From: a virus
Strand: one strand, 5' to 3'
DNA: 64,000 nt
Virus record (IMG/VR): IMGVR_UViG_3300031418_000005
Coordinates: 128,001-192,000 of that record
In this document: piece by piece, positions 37,587-47,882 of the stretch
How positions within the stretch are numbered: the stretch's first letter is position 1
How the letters are laid out: every line of letters starts with the position of its first letter
Notes under the pieces: model-generated
Database searches by the model: none
What the model saw: only the letters and a program-made list of their open reading frames with translations
Told to the model about the DNA's origin: nothing
Program-made: the position numbers and the translations under genes

Positions 37587-38035
37587 ATACTCCTTAAGGC
37601 AAGATTATCAATTACATCATCAACAGGTTGACGAAGGCGATAAGAACACCGCACCAGGTCAACGGCATTGTACACCAACCCAATACCATGATGCCCGGTT
37701 GACATCAGCTCCTGCATCATGGTGTTTGGAAGATCAGGTTTCATCTTCATAACGGTCCGCATGATTGCGACCGCTGCGGCCCAGTGTTCGTTTTTGGTAA
37801 CTAACTTATACTGCTCACGCAGATTGGCCAGTACCCGTTCATAGTCTTTCGGTTCAAGTTCAGTACCATCGTGAAGACGGCTGATGGCGATAAGACTATT
37901 GTTAATCAGCATCTCCGCCACTAACAGGTAGACCGGCCCCTTCTTTGATTCCGTCGGTAGCCCCTCTGGCTGTGCGTGCGCAAACACCTCCTGCAGCTCC
38001 AGCAATGCTTGACTGTATACCGTCATCATAGCCAA
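37583..38035 (-). CDS. Hypothetical protein
   Basis: About 150 aa; start uncertain because it overlaps the upstream ORF. Confidence 0.55.
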   Translation of the reverse strand: MAMMTVYSQALLELQEVFAHAQPEGLPTESKKGPVYLLVAEMLINNSLIAISRLHDGTELEPKDYERVLANLREQYKLVTKNEHWAAAVAIMRTVMKMKPDLPNTMMQELMSTGHHGIGLVYNAVDLVRCSYRLRQPVDDVIDNLALRSM

Positions 38036-38708
38036 TATTCCTGATCATCTGTTGCACAATGGTTGAGCGGTCAAGAATGGTGACGCCTTTGTGGCAGACC
38101 ACATCCAGTATCGGCTCCCAGAACACACCGCGTACCAACCAGATGTAATCCTCGGTTGGGTACTTAGCAATCAATTCTGGCCATTCCGCATCTTCGGGGT
38201 GGAGATACAACTCAACAACCGCGTCACCGTACTCCTCTTCATCACCACCGAACCACAGATTGTGGGCCAGCAGGTCTCCGTAAGAGGCCACCGTGACCGG
38301 GCTGTTTAATGACGCCGCAATTTCCTGCGTTGCCCAGAGCCAGTTCTCACCCATTTGGTACATCCGGTTATGGATGCGTAATGCGCGAGGATCTGAATCA
38401 TCGAACAACATTTTCATGATGATGCGTTCAGCTTCGGTAGTGTCGCGTTTGAACCACGACTCCTCTTCCTCAGAGACCACCCACCACACGTCAAACATAC
38501 GGTCACGCTTGATACCGTATTCCCATTTGTCAAAATCGTGACACAGCAGACGCAACATCTGTTCAAAGAAACACGAATGGTCCCAGCGCAGTTCACTGAT
38601 GACCTTCGCCATGACGAGGTACGCTATCTTCGCCGCTTTCTTGTTTGTTGTCTGATGTTGAAACCAGTCGTCCAACATCAGCAACGCGTACATCTTAACC
38701 CGCTTCAA
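37902..38708 (-). CDS. Hypothetical protein
   Basis: 268 aa, Trp/acid-rich. Confidence 0.6.
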   Translation of the reverse strand: MKRVKMYALLMLDDWFQHQTTNKKAAKIAYLVMAKVISELRWDHSCFFEQMLRLLCHDFDKWEYGIKRDRMFDVWWVVSEEEESWFKRDTTEAERIIMKMLFDDSDPRALRIHNRMYQMGENWLWATQEIAASLNSPVTVASYGDLLAHNLWFGGDEEEYGDAVVELYLHPEDAEWPELIAKYPTEDYIWLVRGVFWEPILDVVCHKGVTILDRSTIVQQMIRNIGYDDGIQSSIAGAAGGVCARTARGATDGIKEGAGLPVSGGDAD

Positions 38709-39082
38709 ATCGGGAAGACCTTTCGAGGGAGTTCGGTCACAGCGCGGAACTTCGCGATGATAACATTCTCACCAAAATACGGCGAGTTCTCTTCTTCGAA
38801 GCCCACGAGGACAACCACGTCTGCTTCATTGGAGAATGCGCAGTAGCTGTCCGATTGAGTGGTCTTCACCTGAACCAGCTTGCCATTGTCGACTGCTACC
38901 TGCCGCAAGGTACGTCCCATGTCTTTGATGGCCATTTGGCCGTCGGTGTCTAACACCGCCCAGCGTAAATCGGTAATACGTCCCTGCAACCACTCCTGCT
39001 TAAGCTCCGGATGGATGATGTAGAGTACCATGCCCGCGTCCAGGTTGTTTTCAATCAGTTCTTTCATTTCGGCGTGAATCAT
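38705..39082 (-). CDS. Hypothetical protein
   Basis: 125 aa, AGGAG SD. Confidence 0.65.
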   Translation of the reverse strand: MIHAEMKELIENNLDAGMVLYIIHPELKQEWLQGRITDLRWAVLDTDGQMAIKDMGRTLRQVAVDNGKLVQVKTTQSDSYCAFSNEADVVVLVGFEEENSPYFGENVIIAKFRAVTELPRKVFPI

Positions 39083-39098
39083 AAATGCTCCTAAAGGT

Positions 39099-39833
39099 TT
39101 AAAAGTTAATGGTGGTACCGACTAAATCATTCAGACGACACATAGTGGTCATCTGCCCAACTGGAATCTGGGTCGCCCCGTCTTCCAAATACATCTTCCC
39201 GTTTGACAAGAAGAACTCCCAGGAGTGCACATCCATTTTCTGGTAGAACGTGTCTCCGGCTTGTCCCTGCCACGGCCCGTAATGCACCGCTTCGTAATCA
39301 CCTTCCTGAATCCCGATAGCGATACTGTTTGACGACCACAGTTTGGACTCCGTGGTGTAAAACTCGTACCAGTAACCGAGCAAATGGTGTGTGTTCATGA
39401 TAATGCGCAGTTCCTGATACACACCATCAAAAGCACCCGAGATTTGGTTTACCATGTCCAGGTTCATCAGCCAGTTGGAGTAACGCTCAACCCAAACGTA
39501 GATGGCTGACTCCACTTCTTCATCCGTGAAACCGTATTCCTGCCCAATTCCCTCTGCTTCGTACGCATCATAGTGAATCCCTAAATCCACCTCGACGTGG
39601 TGATACATCGGTTGTCGGCCCAGGTTCACCGAGTCGAACAGTTCCCGCAACATCGCTGCGTAGACAGAAATGGCAACGCTCTGCCCAACGTAGAAGAACT
39701 CGTTTTGCAGCAATCCCCAGTTCATGTTCTCAGCGAGTTCGTCGCGAAAGTAGTGAGGCCAAAATTTATAGAAAAACCCCTCGAATAACGAGGGGTTGAT
39801 TTTCTGCAATTGTGGCACCTGTACCTTTAGCAT
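39099..39833 (-). CDS. Hypothetical protein
   Basis: 244 aa, AAGGAG SD, downstream of the promoter motif. Confidence 0.65.
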   Translation of the reverse strand: MLKVQVPQLQKINPSLFEGFFYKFWPHYFRDELAENMNWGLLQNEFFYVGQSVAISVYAAMLRELFDSVNLGRQPMYHHVEVDLGIHYDAYEAEGIGQEYGFTDEEVESAIYVWVERYSNWLMNLDMVNQISGAFDGVYQELRIIMNTHHLLGYWYEFYTTESKLWSSNSIAIGIQEGDYEAVHYGPWQGQAGDTFYQKMDVHSWEFFLSNGKMYLEDGATQIPVGQMTTMCRLNDLVGTTINF

Positions 39834-39864
39834 TACATACTCCTTAAGGTGGTGCAGTTCGTAC

Positions 39865-39883
39865 AGATAATATCTATTTGAAA
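39865..39883 (-). promoter_or_regulatory. Putative early promoter motif
   Basis: Minus strand TTTCAAATAGATATTATCT. Confidence 0.55.
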
Positions 39884-40608
39884 GTTTTTCGAAGGGCTTC
39901 CTCGGTTAACACCCAGTATTCAATGAAGTGGTCATCGTCCGAGTGTAAATCATCCGGGTCTAGCAGATACCCAGACATGTCATCGGTCAATATCCACGCA
40001 TCGCCCTGTTTGTAAAAGCCCATCGGGTTGGTTGCCACTGCTTCAACCAGACCACTGTACGTATCCGCCTCGGTGACGAAGTTCAACTGCTGTGGGCTGG
40101 TGATAACGTATAACGGGCAGATTGATCCGCCTTTCAGCGACTCATGGAATTGCTGGCGATCGTACCAGATAACCTGCGGGTTATTATCCCAGTCGTTACC
40201 GATAGAACACAGCTCCGACCAAAAACGGGTGAGATACCAGTTCAACGCACCCGTGATTAACACATCTGGTTTAAGCATCCGGACATGTTCATCATACAGC
40301 TCCTCCATTGTCCAGATACGACATGCCTGACGGTCGATGGTCGGGAGTGGCGGTATTTGCGGCGGAACCGTTTTAGGAATGGGTTCATCGCAGCGAGCGT
40401 TGTAACGCGCAATCGTATCCGTGACCAATTCAGCGACAACGTCGCGAGCAGCCTCAGCACCCACCACTTCCAGTTTGTCCCAGTCCCGTTCCAGCGTATC
40501 GTCCATCAGTCGTAGATGTGATAACCAGGACTGCCAACCGTATTGCTCCACACACTTAATCAAACTCTGTGCGTGGAGCGTGAGTGACTCACTCACGACT
40601 CGCTTCAT
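39874..40608 (-). CDS. Hypothetical protein
   Basis: 244 aa, GAGG SD. Confidence 0.65.
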   Translation of the reverse strand: MKRVVSESLTLHAQSLIKCVEQYGWQSWLSHLRLMDDTLERDWDKLEVVGAEAARDVVAELVTDTIARYNARCDEPIPKTVPPQIPPLPTIDRQACRIWTMEELYDEHVRMLKPDVLITGALNWYLTRFWSELCSIGNDWDNNPQVIWYDRQQFHESLKGGSICPLYVITSPQQLNFVTEADTYSGLVEAVATNPMGFYKQGDAWILTDDMSGYLLDPDDLHSDDDHFIEYWVLTEEALRKTFK

Positions 40609-40609
40609 G

Positions 40610-42121
40610 TTATACCTCTTTGTCGTTCAGGATACGTTTGTTCGCGTAGTAAGCACACCATAGACCGTGGTACTCTTTACCGATGTACACAATGGCATAC
40701 TCGATGTAACGCTCTTGTGGCCGTGTTACTGCAACGTAGAAACGTCCCTCGGGTTCTTTGATACGGTTAAGTTCCGTACGCGACGGAATGTCGATGGAGC
40801 GCGTCAGGATAACCGGTATCTCGACTTTCCCATCCGGAATCTTCAACTTCACATCGAAGCTACGGTCAACGGAACGATAGAAGTCTTTGCGAGGCTTTCC
40901 GTTCTCGTCATACAGCATATCGGTAATGTCGTTTAACACTACCCGCGGTTTGCCCAGCAAAGTGTCGTTTAACCACGCTGCCAACTCATCGCGAATCTTT
41001 AATGCACGATACGACAGCAATGGCGGGCGCAGCATACGCGAGATAGCCAGGTCGTCGTAGAACCAGACGTTCTTATCTTCGCTAAACCGCATTTCCGAAA
41101 CCGGAATACCGTCTTTCGCCGCCTCGGCAAACTTCTTACGCTTGACAAACTCGTTGTTCAGAATGGCCACCGGCTGATAACGACGACTGCGCGGCACTTC
41201 ATCCCACGCCTGCTGGTTATGCGTGTTCACGAGCGTATACACATTGTCCCATGGGGTCTTAGTGAACAACACGGCAAAGTGTGCATCCGGGATCATCTTC
41301 CCGATAAACACCAAATCGTCCTTGTTCTTTGCGTGGTTGCCACCGAACATGTAATGGAACGTTTCACCATTAATCTCAGCAGTAGGCGGGATTTCTTCCA
41401 CAACCGGATAGCAGTATTTCATGGTGCACACGGGTGAGTATGCCGCCATGTCATTACCCGCACCTATGATTTCCGGTTCGGCACTCGCCGGGAGTTCGTC
41501 TTGTGACCAGTAGGCTTGGTACAAAACCCCTTCACCGGTTGCAGAGATAGCTGAGCCTTTACGCGCCATCTCATCAGCACGTTCGTTACCATATCGTCCA
41601 GAGTGACCTTTGATTTTGATAACCTTAACACCCCGACCTTCCTTTTTCAGGCGTTGCTTGACATCCCAGACACGCTGAATCAATTCGGCATTCGCGATAG
41701 GGGTACCGTCTGCTTTACGCCAGCCGTTCTTTGCCCAACCGTCAATCCATTGGTTAAAGGTGTTGACCACGTAGGAGGCGTCAACAAAGATGACATAGTT
41801 GCGTGCCTGAAACGGCGCACTTTCAAACAAAGTCAAGAACGCAATTAACTCACCCACGTCAGAATAGAATTCTTTCGGCACAGGCACAACAGCGTCGACG
41901 AACTGTACATCCTCAGGCACGTCAGGAAGTTTGGTATCCTTCGTGACCTGCTTGTAACCTCCTGTTGTAATCGCTTCCGAAATACTGGGATGGCGGTAGC
42001 CCACTTCTGCTTCCATCATCCCATGGTTGAACAGGTAACCGTGAATACCTGCCCCGGTACCAAGCGGGGCAGTTGTGTGGCTACCGTCTGTGTAGATAAC
42101 AGCTACGTCGACGTCTCTCAT
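40610..42121 (-). CDS. rnhA: Ribonuclease HI with long C-terminal domain (phiKZ gp155-like)
   Basis: IYTDGS, GELIA, FVDASYV, WAKNGW, IKGHSGRYGNERADEMARKG. Confidence 0.9.
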   Translation of the reverse strand: MRDVDVAVIYTDGSHTTAPLGTGAGIHGYLFNHGMMEAEVGYRHPSISEAITTGGYKQVTKDTKLPDVPEDVQFVDAVVPVPKEFYSDVGELIAFLTLFESAPFQARNYVIFVDASYVVNTFNQWIDGWAKNGWRKADGTPIANAELIQRVWDVKQRLKKEGRGVKVIKIKGHSGRYGNERADEMARKGSAISATGEGVLYQAYWSQDELPASAEPEIIGAGNDMAAYSPVCTMKYCYPVVEEIPPTAEINGETFHYMFGGNHAKNKDDLVFIGKMIPDAHFAVLFTKTPWDNVYTLVNTHNQQAWDEVPRSRRYQPVAILNNEFVKRKKFAEAAKDGIPVSEMRFSEDKNVWFYDDLAISRMLRPPLLSYRALKIRDELAAWLNDTLLGKPRVVLNDITDMLYDENGKPRKDFYRSVDRSFDVKLKIPDGKVEIPVILTRSIDIPSRTELNRIKEPEGRFYVAVTRPQERYIEYAIVYIGKEYHGLWCAYYANKRILNDKEV

Positions 42122-42136
42122 TGTTATTCTCTTAGC

Positions 42137-42868
42137 TTATAACTGGCTTTTCAGTTGTGGCGCAACATACTCCCCACTGCACATCTCGTGATGACATTCC
42201 AGCATCCGTTCGAAGCCGAAAGTCTTCGCGACCAGTGCCAGGTGGTAAATACGTGCGGTACAATAGGCTTCTTTCGCCGCATCGAACCCTGCGTTGTGCT
42301 CGTAAGCTTCTTTGCCGCGTGTCCAGTGATGGGCTTCGGCATGGTAGTCTGGAATCAAACCAAACGCGTATGACAGACGTTCAGCTGTGCGATCGGAATC
42401 CAGAATAGAGAACTTACGGAAGCGCGATGGAGGAACATCGCACTGCGCAAACGCATTGAGGATAATCGGCGAGTCAAACTCCGGCCCGCGCATGGTAATG
42501 GTGATGGGGTGGTTGGCAGAAATATCGTCCAGCCACTTTTTCGCTCCCCACAGTACCTGCTTGATATTTTCTTTTCCTGACCAGGCTTCGGCCCGCGCTT
42601 CTTCACACGGTGCGTAATCCGGGTCACCTTTGCCCTGCCACCAACCGATGGTTTGCTCATCTTCGTGGAAGATGGCTTTGGCGGCTTCGTCGTTCGGGTC
42701 CACGGTGCTGTAAAAAGAACCGACCATTTTCATCGTCGGTACGTCAAACCCAACCAGACCCATCGCCAGGATATACGCATCAGAGCGAATGGCTTTGGTT
42801 TCTACATCAGCCCCCACGACAATCGAGGGCAGGGTCGGGACAATAACTTTGGGGTATGCTGGTAACAT
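42137..42868 (-). CDS. DEDDh-family 3'-5' exonuclease
   Basis: ADVET, GPEFDSPIL, DSDRT, HNAGFDA. Confidence 0.75.
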   Translation of the reverse strand: MLPAYPKVIVPTLPSIVVGADVETKAIRSDAYILAMGLVGFDVPTMKMVGSFYSTVDPNDEAAKAIFHEDEQTIGWWQGKGDPDYAPCEEARAEAWSGKENIKQVLWGAKKWLDDISANHPITITMRGPEFDSPIILNAFAQCDVPPSRFRKFSILDSDRTAERLSYAFGLIPDYHAEAHHWTRGKEAYEHNAGFDAAKEAYCTARIYHLALVAKTFGFERMLECHHEMCSGEYVAPQLKSQL

Positions 42869-42915
42869 TTGAATTTTCCTTATAAGGGGGTTACATTAGG
42901 ATGGTTGAAAACGTT

Positions 42916-42955
42916 AAAAAAGAGCGTCCTCCTACACCCGAAGGCATAGGAGGAC
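42916..42955 (-). terminator. Terminator with C(UUCG)G loop
   Basis: GTCCTCCTATGCC-ttcg-GGTGTAGGAGGAC then CTCTTTTTT (minus strand). Confidence 0.75.
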
Positions 42956-42959
42956 TGAC

Positions 42960-43433
42960 TCAGTTCAGACAGGTGGCTTTGTGAGCAGCAACGGCCTCTT
43001 TGACGGCTTTACGGTCAGCGCGGTAGTTGGTCAACAAAATCTTCAGCTGACGTGAAAGCTCACGGCTGATTGCCTGAGGACTACGAGCCCGTTCATCCAA
43101 CTCGATGAAAATCGGAATCTCGTGTACCTCGGGATAAACAAACTCTTCGCATAACGGTGCCACCATAGGTGGATGCCATCCTTGCGTTTCCGCGTAGGTA
43201 TTCAAGGATTTTGCGTATAAGTAAACGTAATAAGCGTACGCGTTTACATCAGCCACATAAACTTTCTTGGCCAATTCCCCCGCCGCACCGGACACACTCG
43301 TCGGTGCAGATGGTGGCTCCTCAAGCTGCCGGAAAGGCCAACCTGAAGAGGTTTGCACCGTAACGCTGTTACGTTGTATTCCGTTGCACCCAACGAGCAA
43401 CAAAACACCAACCAACAGCATGGCTTTCATCAT
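42960..43433 (-). CDS. Lipoprotein, candidate o-spanin
   Basis: Signal peptide ending in lipobox LLVG|C; Pro-rich; follows a single-TM coiled-coil gene. Confidence 0.55.
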   Translation of the reverse strand: MMKAMLLVGVLLLVGCNGIQRNSVTVQTSSGWPFRQLEEPPSAPTSVSGAAGELAKKVYVADVNAYAYYVYLYAKSLNTYAETQGWHPPMVAPLCEEFVYPEVHEIPIFIELDERARSPQAISRELSRQLKILLTNYRADRKAVKEAVAAHKATCLN

Positions 43434-43439
43434 TAACTC

Positions 43440-43943
43440 CTACTGATTGAGGGTTCTAAGAATTTCTTGGCGGAACTCGTTTGCGTCTTGAACTCCCACG
43501 GGACGTTGCGCCGCCTGTTGTTTTTTAACCGGAGGAGTAGCCGCGTGGACCGGCGTTTCCGGCACCGTCGGGGCGACGGTAGGTTCAGGTTTCTTCTCTT
43601 CCTCTGCCTTGGCATGGTCGCCTTCATATGGCGGTCTCTGTCCGAGACAAGTAAAGAGACGATCGTAGAGCTTAGCGTTATCCTCGCCGAGCTTATCTGC
43701 TTTTTCTTTTAACTCTTTGTACGACAAATCCAGGTACTGATCATGTGATTGCACATTGATAAGTGCATGGTACTGAACCACATAGGCATAGGAGACAAAG
43801 CCTGAATAAGCAATAAGTGCCACGATAACAAGTGTCAGTATTTTGCCAGCTCGGGTGACCTTTTCTCCTTCTCCCGGTTTAAAAGCTTCCAATAGCATCT
43901 GCAAGAATGGAAGCAGTTTGATAAACGATGCTATCATGCTCAC
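43440..43943 (-). CDS. Inner-membrane protein, candidate i-spanin
   Basis: TM helix ILTLVIVALIAYSGFVSYAYVV, then a coiled coil and a Pro-rich linker. Confidence 0.5.
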   Translation of the reverse strand: MSMIASFIKLLPFLQMLLEAFKPGEGEKVTRAGKILTLVIVALIAYSGFVSYAYVVQYHALINVQSHDQYLDLSYKELKEKADKLGEDNAKLYDRLFTCLGQRPPYEGDHAKAEEEKKPEPTVAPTVPETPVHAATPPVKKQQAAQRPVGVQDANEFRQEILRTLNQ

Positions 43944-43961
43944 CTCGGAGTGTTTTTAATT

Positions 43962-45326
43962 ATGTTAGATTTACAAGGCTTTATCCAGATACCGGCTCTG
44001 TTTGACAACGTGGACGGCGTCACCGCTCCGGTGGGTGAGTTGTCCGAACTGACAAAATCCTACGCTAAAAGTAAGCAAACATTTGCGAAATCCAATTTGC
44101 AGGTGGAGTTGGTTACGTTTACTTCTAAGCGTGAAGAGACGACGGTTGTGGTACCGTCCGAGTTCTCCGACCACATTTTAACACTTACGCAGTGGATTTA
44201 CAATCAGTCCATTCTGGGTAATTTGAAAAATGATGAAGTCGAATTCCAGCGGTTGCTGGTAGGACAGTTCCAGAACACCATCAGCGGGGTTCAGTCTGGG
44301 GCGATGATCCAGACTAAAAGCAACTGGTTCCCGCGTTGGGTCAGTTGGAAATTTGAAACGACCAAGGACAAGGTACAAGATCCCACGGACGTAAGTAACC
44401 AAATCATTGTTTGGTTTGCTGATGAAGATTTCGATCAGAACTACACCGGCTTTGAGATTGAAGTTCAAATGCCGATTTTACCGGTCGATACGTTTTTAGC
44501 TGTGAAGTCAGTAGTCGAAAAAGCGATGGAAAGTTTTAACCTTTCCGATCACCATAAGAAGATTAATGACTTGATGGATGGCTTCCCGTATACGAATATT
44601 CAGACGAATTATTATACGTGGCATGACCAGGAAGATTATGAAGCGACGTTGATTATTCCGATGTCGGTCATCATCTATGGCCGTGCGGGTAAGAACCCGA
44701 GCCGCATCAAGAAAGCGTTACGTGATTACATTTTAGCGAACTCCAGTTTTACCGTACCATTGGGCGTTAAAGTGTTCCCTGAGATTTTCACCACCACGAA
44801 ATTCACAATCGTGCCGGGTTGGAAAATCAGAGGGATTCCGAATGAGGAAGACATCGCGGCGCTATACAGCCCTATCCTCCCATATGATTTCCAGCTCAAG
44901 GCAATCGATAAATTTGGCGAGTGGGGCGACCTGACGGTTGCCGAGAAAAATAACACACATCAGATGCCAACCACTGACGTCTGTGTGCTGCCGTCGATTT
45001 ATAAATCGCTCAGCAGTGTGGTTATTTCTGGCCCTGAAAATGACACCCGCAAAGCGACACTGCACGCGACCATTCCGGATTATGCGTTGATTGCAACGAC
45101 AAACCCGGACATCGCCCGCATGTCAAAAGCAACCACCGAATGGTACGAACTGTTCTTTAAAGCGTTAATCGCTGCCGAAGAATACAACCCGTATCAAACG
45201 GATTTGGATATTGTCAAACTGGTCGATGATGCGAACCCGGAGATTTATTTCTACGTGTTCGAATACGACAACGTTGAGTACCGTGTGCTTGCCCGTAAAG
45301 CGGTGTGGGAAGACACAACACCGTAA
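43962..45326 (+). CDS. Probable virion structural protein
   Basis: About 454 aa, GGAG SD, TATG at the start; + strand late-type gene. Confidence 0.65.
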   Translation: MLDLQGFIQIPALFDNVDGVTAPVGELSELTKSYAKSKQTFAKSNLQVELVTFTSKREETTVVVPSEFSDHILTLTQWIYNQSILGNLKNDEVEFQRLLVGQFQNTISGVQSGAMIQTKSNWFPRWVSWKFETTKDKVQDPTDVSNQIIVWFADEDFDQNYTGFEIEVQMPILPVDTFLAVKSVVEKAMESFNLSDHHKKINDLMDGFPYTNIQTNYYTWHDQEDYEATLIIPMSVIIYGRAGKNPSRIKKALRDYILANSSFTVPLGVKVFPEIFTTTKFTIVPGWKIRGIPNEEDIAALYSPILPYDFQLKAIDKFGEWGDLTVAEKNNTHQMPTTDVCVLPSIYKSLSSVVISGPENDTRKATLHATIPDYALIATTNPDIARMSKATTEWYELFFKALIAAEEYNPYQTDLDIVKLVDDANPEIYFYVFEYDNVEYRVLARKAVWEDTTP

Positions 45327-45335
45327 GGAGGATAA

Positions 45336-45959
45336 ATGGCCACGTTACTGCCGGTCGTCGTCACCGTTAACACCACAGGTCTGTTCAAGGTCAAACAACC
45401 GTTTACGATTGCCGAAGACGTTATCTTTAACGTAGAAGCAGTACGTACGTTCCCGGAACTGGTTGACCGAAAAATCGACGTGTACAATACCTATTACGCC
45501 CCCGTTGGGTTAGGGCGTGATGCGTATCTGGCTGATGCCAACGTCGGTGCGTCTATCCTGACCATGAAGTCACGGGATGGACAGGTGGTGTACATTCCGG
45601 ATACGTATATCGAATCGTATCCTGGGATTAACGGGTTAGCGTATAAACGAAATGTGTTGGTGATTGATTTGGCGTTGGTGCCAGATTATGTTGACCCGAC
45701 GACCATTTCGGAAGACGTGAAAAACATCGTTACCGCCGGACTCGGGATTGATCCTGTCATTGACATCACTACGATGGACTATGAAGGAACGGTCACCGAA
45801 GAAGATCACTTGCAGATGGAAGCAGCACGCAAAGCGAAGATTCGCAATGTGACGCCGCTGGCTGAGCAATTGAAAGCGGCTCAGGACGAGAACACCAAGC
45901 TGAAGACGCTGAATGCGGCAATGTTGGAAATTCTGCAAGCCCATGGGTTGGCAAATTAA
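45336..45959 (+). CDS. Probable virion structural protein
   Basis: 207 aa, AGGAGG SD, C-terminal coiled coil. Confidence 0.65.
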   Translation: MATLLPVVVTVNTTGLFKVKQPFTIAEDVIFNVEAVRTFPELVDRKIDVYNTYYAPVGLGRDAYLADANVGASILTMKSRDGQVVYIPDTYIESYPGINGLAYKRNVLVIDLALVPDYVDPTTISEDVKNIVTAGLGIDPVIDITTMDYEGTVTEEDHLQMEAARKAKIRNVTPLAEQLKAAQDENTKLKTLNAAMLEILQAHGLAN

Positions 45960-46008
45960 AAGAAAAAAAGAACTACCTACTCCCGAAGGAGTAGGTAGCC
46001 TTTATTTT
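45958..46008. terminator. Bidirectional terminator
   Basis: A tract, CTACCTACTCC-cgaa-GGAGTAGGTAG, T tract. Confidence 0.8.
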
Positions 46009-46014
46009 AACCGC

Positions 46015-47208
46015 TTAGGCGTACTTCGCCGCGATCGCCTTGATGTTCTTAGGCGTACGCTTAGACTTCGCCAGCTCTTTAACTTCTTTCACGATAGCTT
46101 CGATGTTCAGCACTTTCATGACTTTCGCCTGTGCCTGCATCTCATCTTCGTCGAGCTGCACTTCAACGGTTTCATTTTCAACAGTCATCAGACGGCCAAT
46201 GACGTTAGCCACGGATACCGGAGTGACCTCAGCAGGGACTTTCACGCCCAACGCTTCGAACACATCGCCCGCAACGAAGGTACGTTCGATATCCTGCAAC
46301 GTTTCCAGGATCAGTGCCTGGTCACGCTTAGGTTGCGCCGGGGCTTCGTCTGCGGTTTCCGCATCAGTATCGTCTTCGTCGTGTGGGACTTTGTAGGTAA
46401 AGTCCCAGTGGTTCAGCAGGTTCTGTTGGCAATAGTCAACAAAGTCCTGCCAGGTGGTTTCACGGCTGATGGTAAACGGCAGCAGTGATTCCGGTGCAGC
46501 CAGCAGTTTGGAGAAGTTAATGTTGCTCACCTGCTCACACTCTGCACGCGGCGCGCTTTCGCGGTCGTCACCAATTGCTTCATCAGTTGCGTTATCCGCA
46601 TCATCATCCAGTTCTGGCTCCAGGTGCATTGGTGCCAGATGACGTGTGATTTCTACGCCAGGATGTTGGTTGTCGCCCAGTACCAACGAAACAGCTGGCC
46701 AGTTTTTCAGCTCATACGCAACATGACCAGAGAAGATGTGGGCATGTCCAACACGGACAGCTGAATCAGGTGCTTCTACAACGCGAGTCAACTCACCCGG
46801 TTCGAAGAAGTGTGGATTTTCGTTTGCCAGCATGTACCACTTGTCGTCGTCGCCCTGCGCCACAATAGACCAGCGTGGCGCAGAAGACATACCGAAGTCG
46901 ATACCAAAGAAATCAGTATCTTCTTCCAAGACGATTGGCGGGAGATCGTTGAACTGCAGCGTCTTAGACGGGCCACAGATGTGTGTACGCGCATACGGCA
47001 GCGGGATGTAATTTTCCAGATCGCTATGGCCTGCCAGTATCTGGAATTGTTCCAGCGTAAAGTTGGACGCCTGGAACGGGTTATTGCCCGAATGGTTTTG
47101 ATGGATAAGGGCGTTGGAATATGCGGTCAGTTCATCGTAACGGCCAGCTACTTCACGGCTACGCAGTTTCTTGGCCAGGTCGTTCAGTACGCTAATAGGG
47201 AATTTCAT
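46015..47208 (-). CDS. Hypothetical protein
   Basis: 397 aa, acidic linkers and basic C-terminus; AAGGA SD. Confidence 0.7.
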   Translation of the reverse strand: MKFPISVLNDLAKKLRSREVAGRYDELTAYSNALIHQNHSGNNPFQASNFTLEQFQILAGHSDLENYIPLPYARTHICGPSKTLQFNDLPPIVLEEDTDFFGIDFGMSSAPRWSIVAQGDDDKWYMLANENPHFFEPGELTRVVEAPDSAVRVGHAHIFSGHVAYELKNWPAVSLVLGDNQHPGVEITRHLAPMHLEPELDDDADNATDEAIGDDRESAPRAECEQVSNINFSKLLAAPESLLPFTISRETTWQDFVDYCQQNLLNHWDFTYKVPHDEDDTDAETADEAPAQPKRDQALILETLQDIERTFVAGDVFEALGVKVPAEVTPVSVANVIGRLMTVENETVEVQLDEDEMQAQAKVMKVLNIEAIVKEVKELAKSKRTPKNIKAIAAKYA

Positions 47209-47264
47209 TGCATTATCCTTAGTGGTTGTTCAAAGTATTTGATGGGTTTGTAAATTAAGCACTT

Positions 47265-47303
47265 AAAATAAGAGAACCCCTACCACATGGGTAGGGGTGG
47301 GTA
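47265..47303 (-). terminator. Probable terminator
   Basis: ACCCCTACC/GGTAGGGGT hairpin with T-rich tail on the minus strand. Confidence 0.55.
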
Positions 47304-47882
47304 TTACTCTTCGAAGAATGGTTCGTTAGGCACGACCGCATATTCGAGGACGAACAGATGTTCTGGAGCAGTCTCAGAACGCCAGAGTTTGTGGCAACGG
47401 CCGAGCTTCTCCAGAATGGTCAGGAACGAACGCTGGCAGTATTCGCTCTCACCGAACCACAGGTTCTGCAGCGCCACGGTCACTTCCATGTACGCTTCTT
47501 TAAACGTGAGGTCAGGGTTATAACCGGCAACCGGACGCCAGGTCAGCACAAAGCCCGCTTCTGTCTCATCAACGCTTGGACGCAGGCCGAGAATCCACAG
47601 CAGCGCCAGGTTGATATTCCAGTCGAACTCAATCCCTTCGTCTTCATCGTCACCGAAAGCGGCAATGAACGCGTCGTAGAACTCGTGCTTGGTGGCGAAC
47701 CACTCGTTGTAGTCCATGTACGTCGGCTGCACAGTCGGTTCTTCACCTTCTGGCGGCTCCACGTAATCCGGGTTAGTCTGCACAGATTCAGCGCCACCCT
47801 TAATCAGGGAGAAGGCATCCTCGGCAGTGAGCTGGGCAGCGCGTTTGAAAGCGTCATACCAGGGTTGTGTAACGATGGTCAA
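47304..47882 (-). CDS. Hypothetical protein
   Basis: 192 aa acidic; AAGGAG SD, TTG start. Confidence 0.6.
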   Translation of the reverse strand: MTIVTQPWYDAFKRAAQLTAEDAFSLIKGGAESVQTNPDYVEPPEGEEPTVQPTYMDYNEWFATKHEFYDAFIAAFGDDEDEGIEFDWNINLALLWILGLRPSVDETEAGFVLTWRPVAGYNPDLTFKEAYMEVTVALQNLWFGESEYCQRSFLTILEKLGRCHKLWRSETAPEHLFVLEYAVVPNEPFFEE

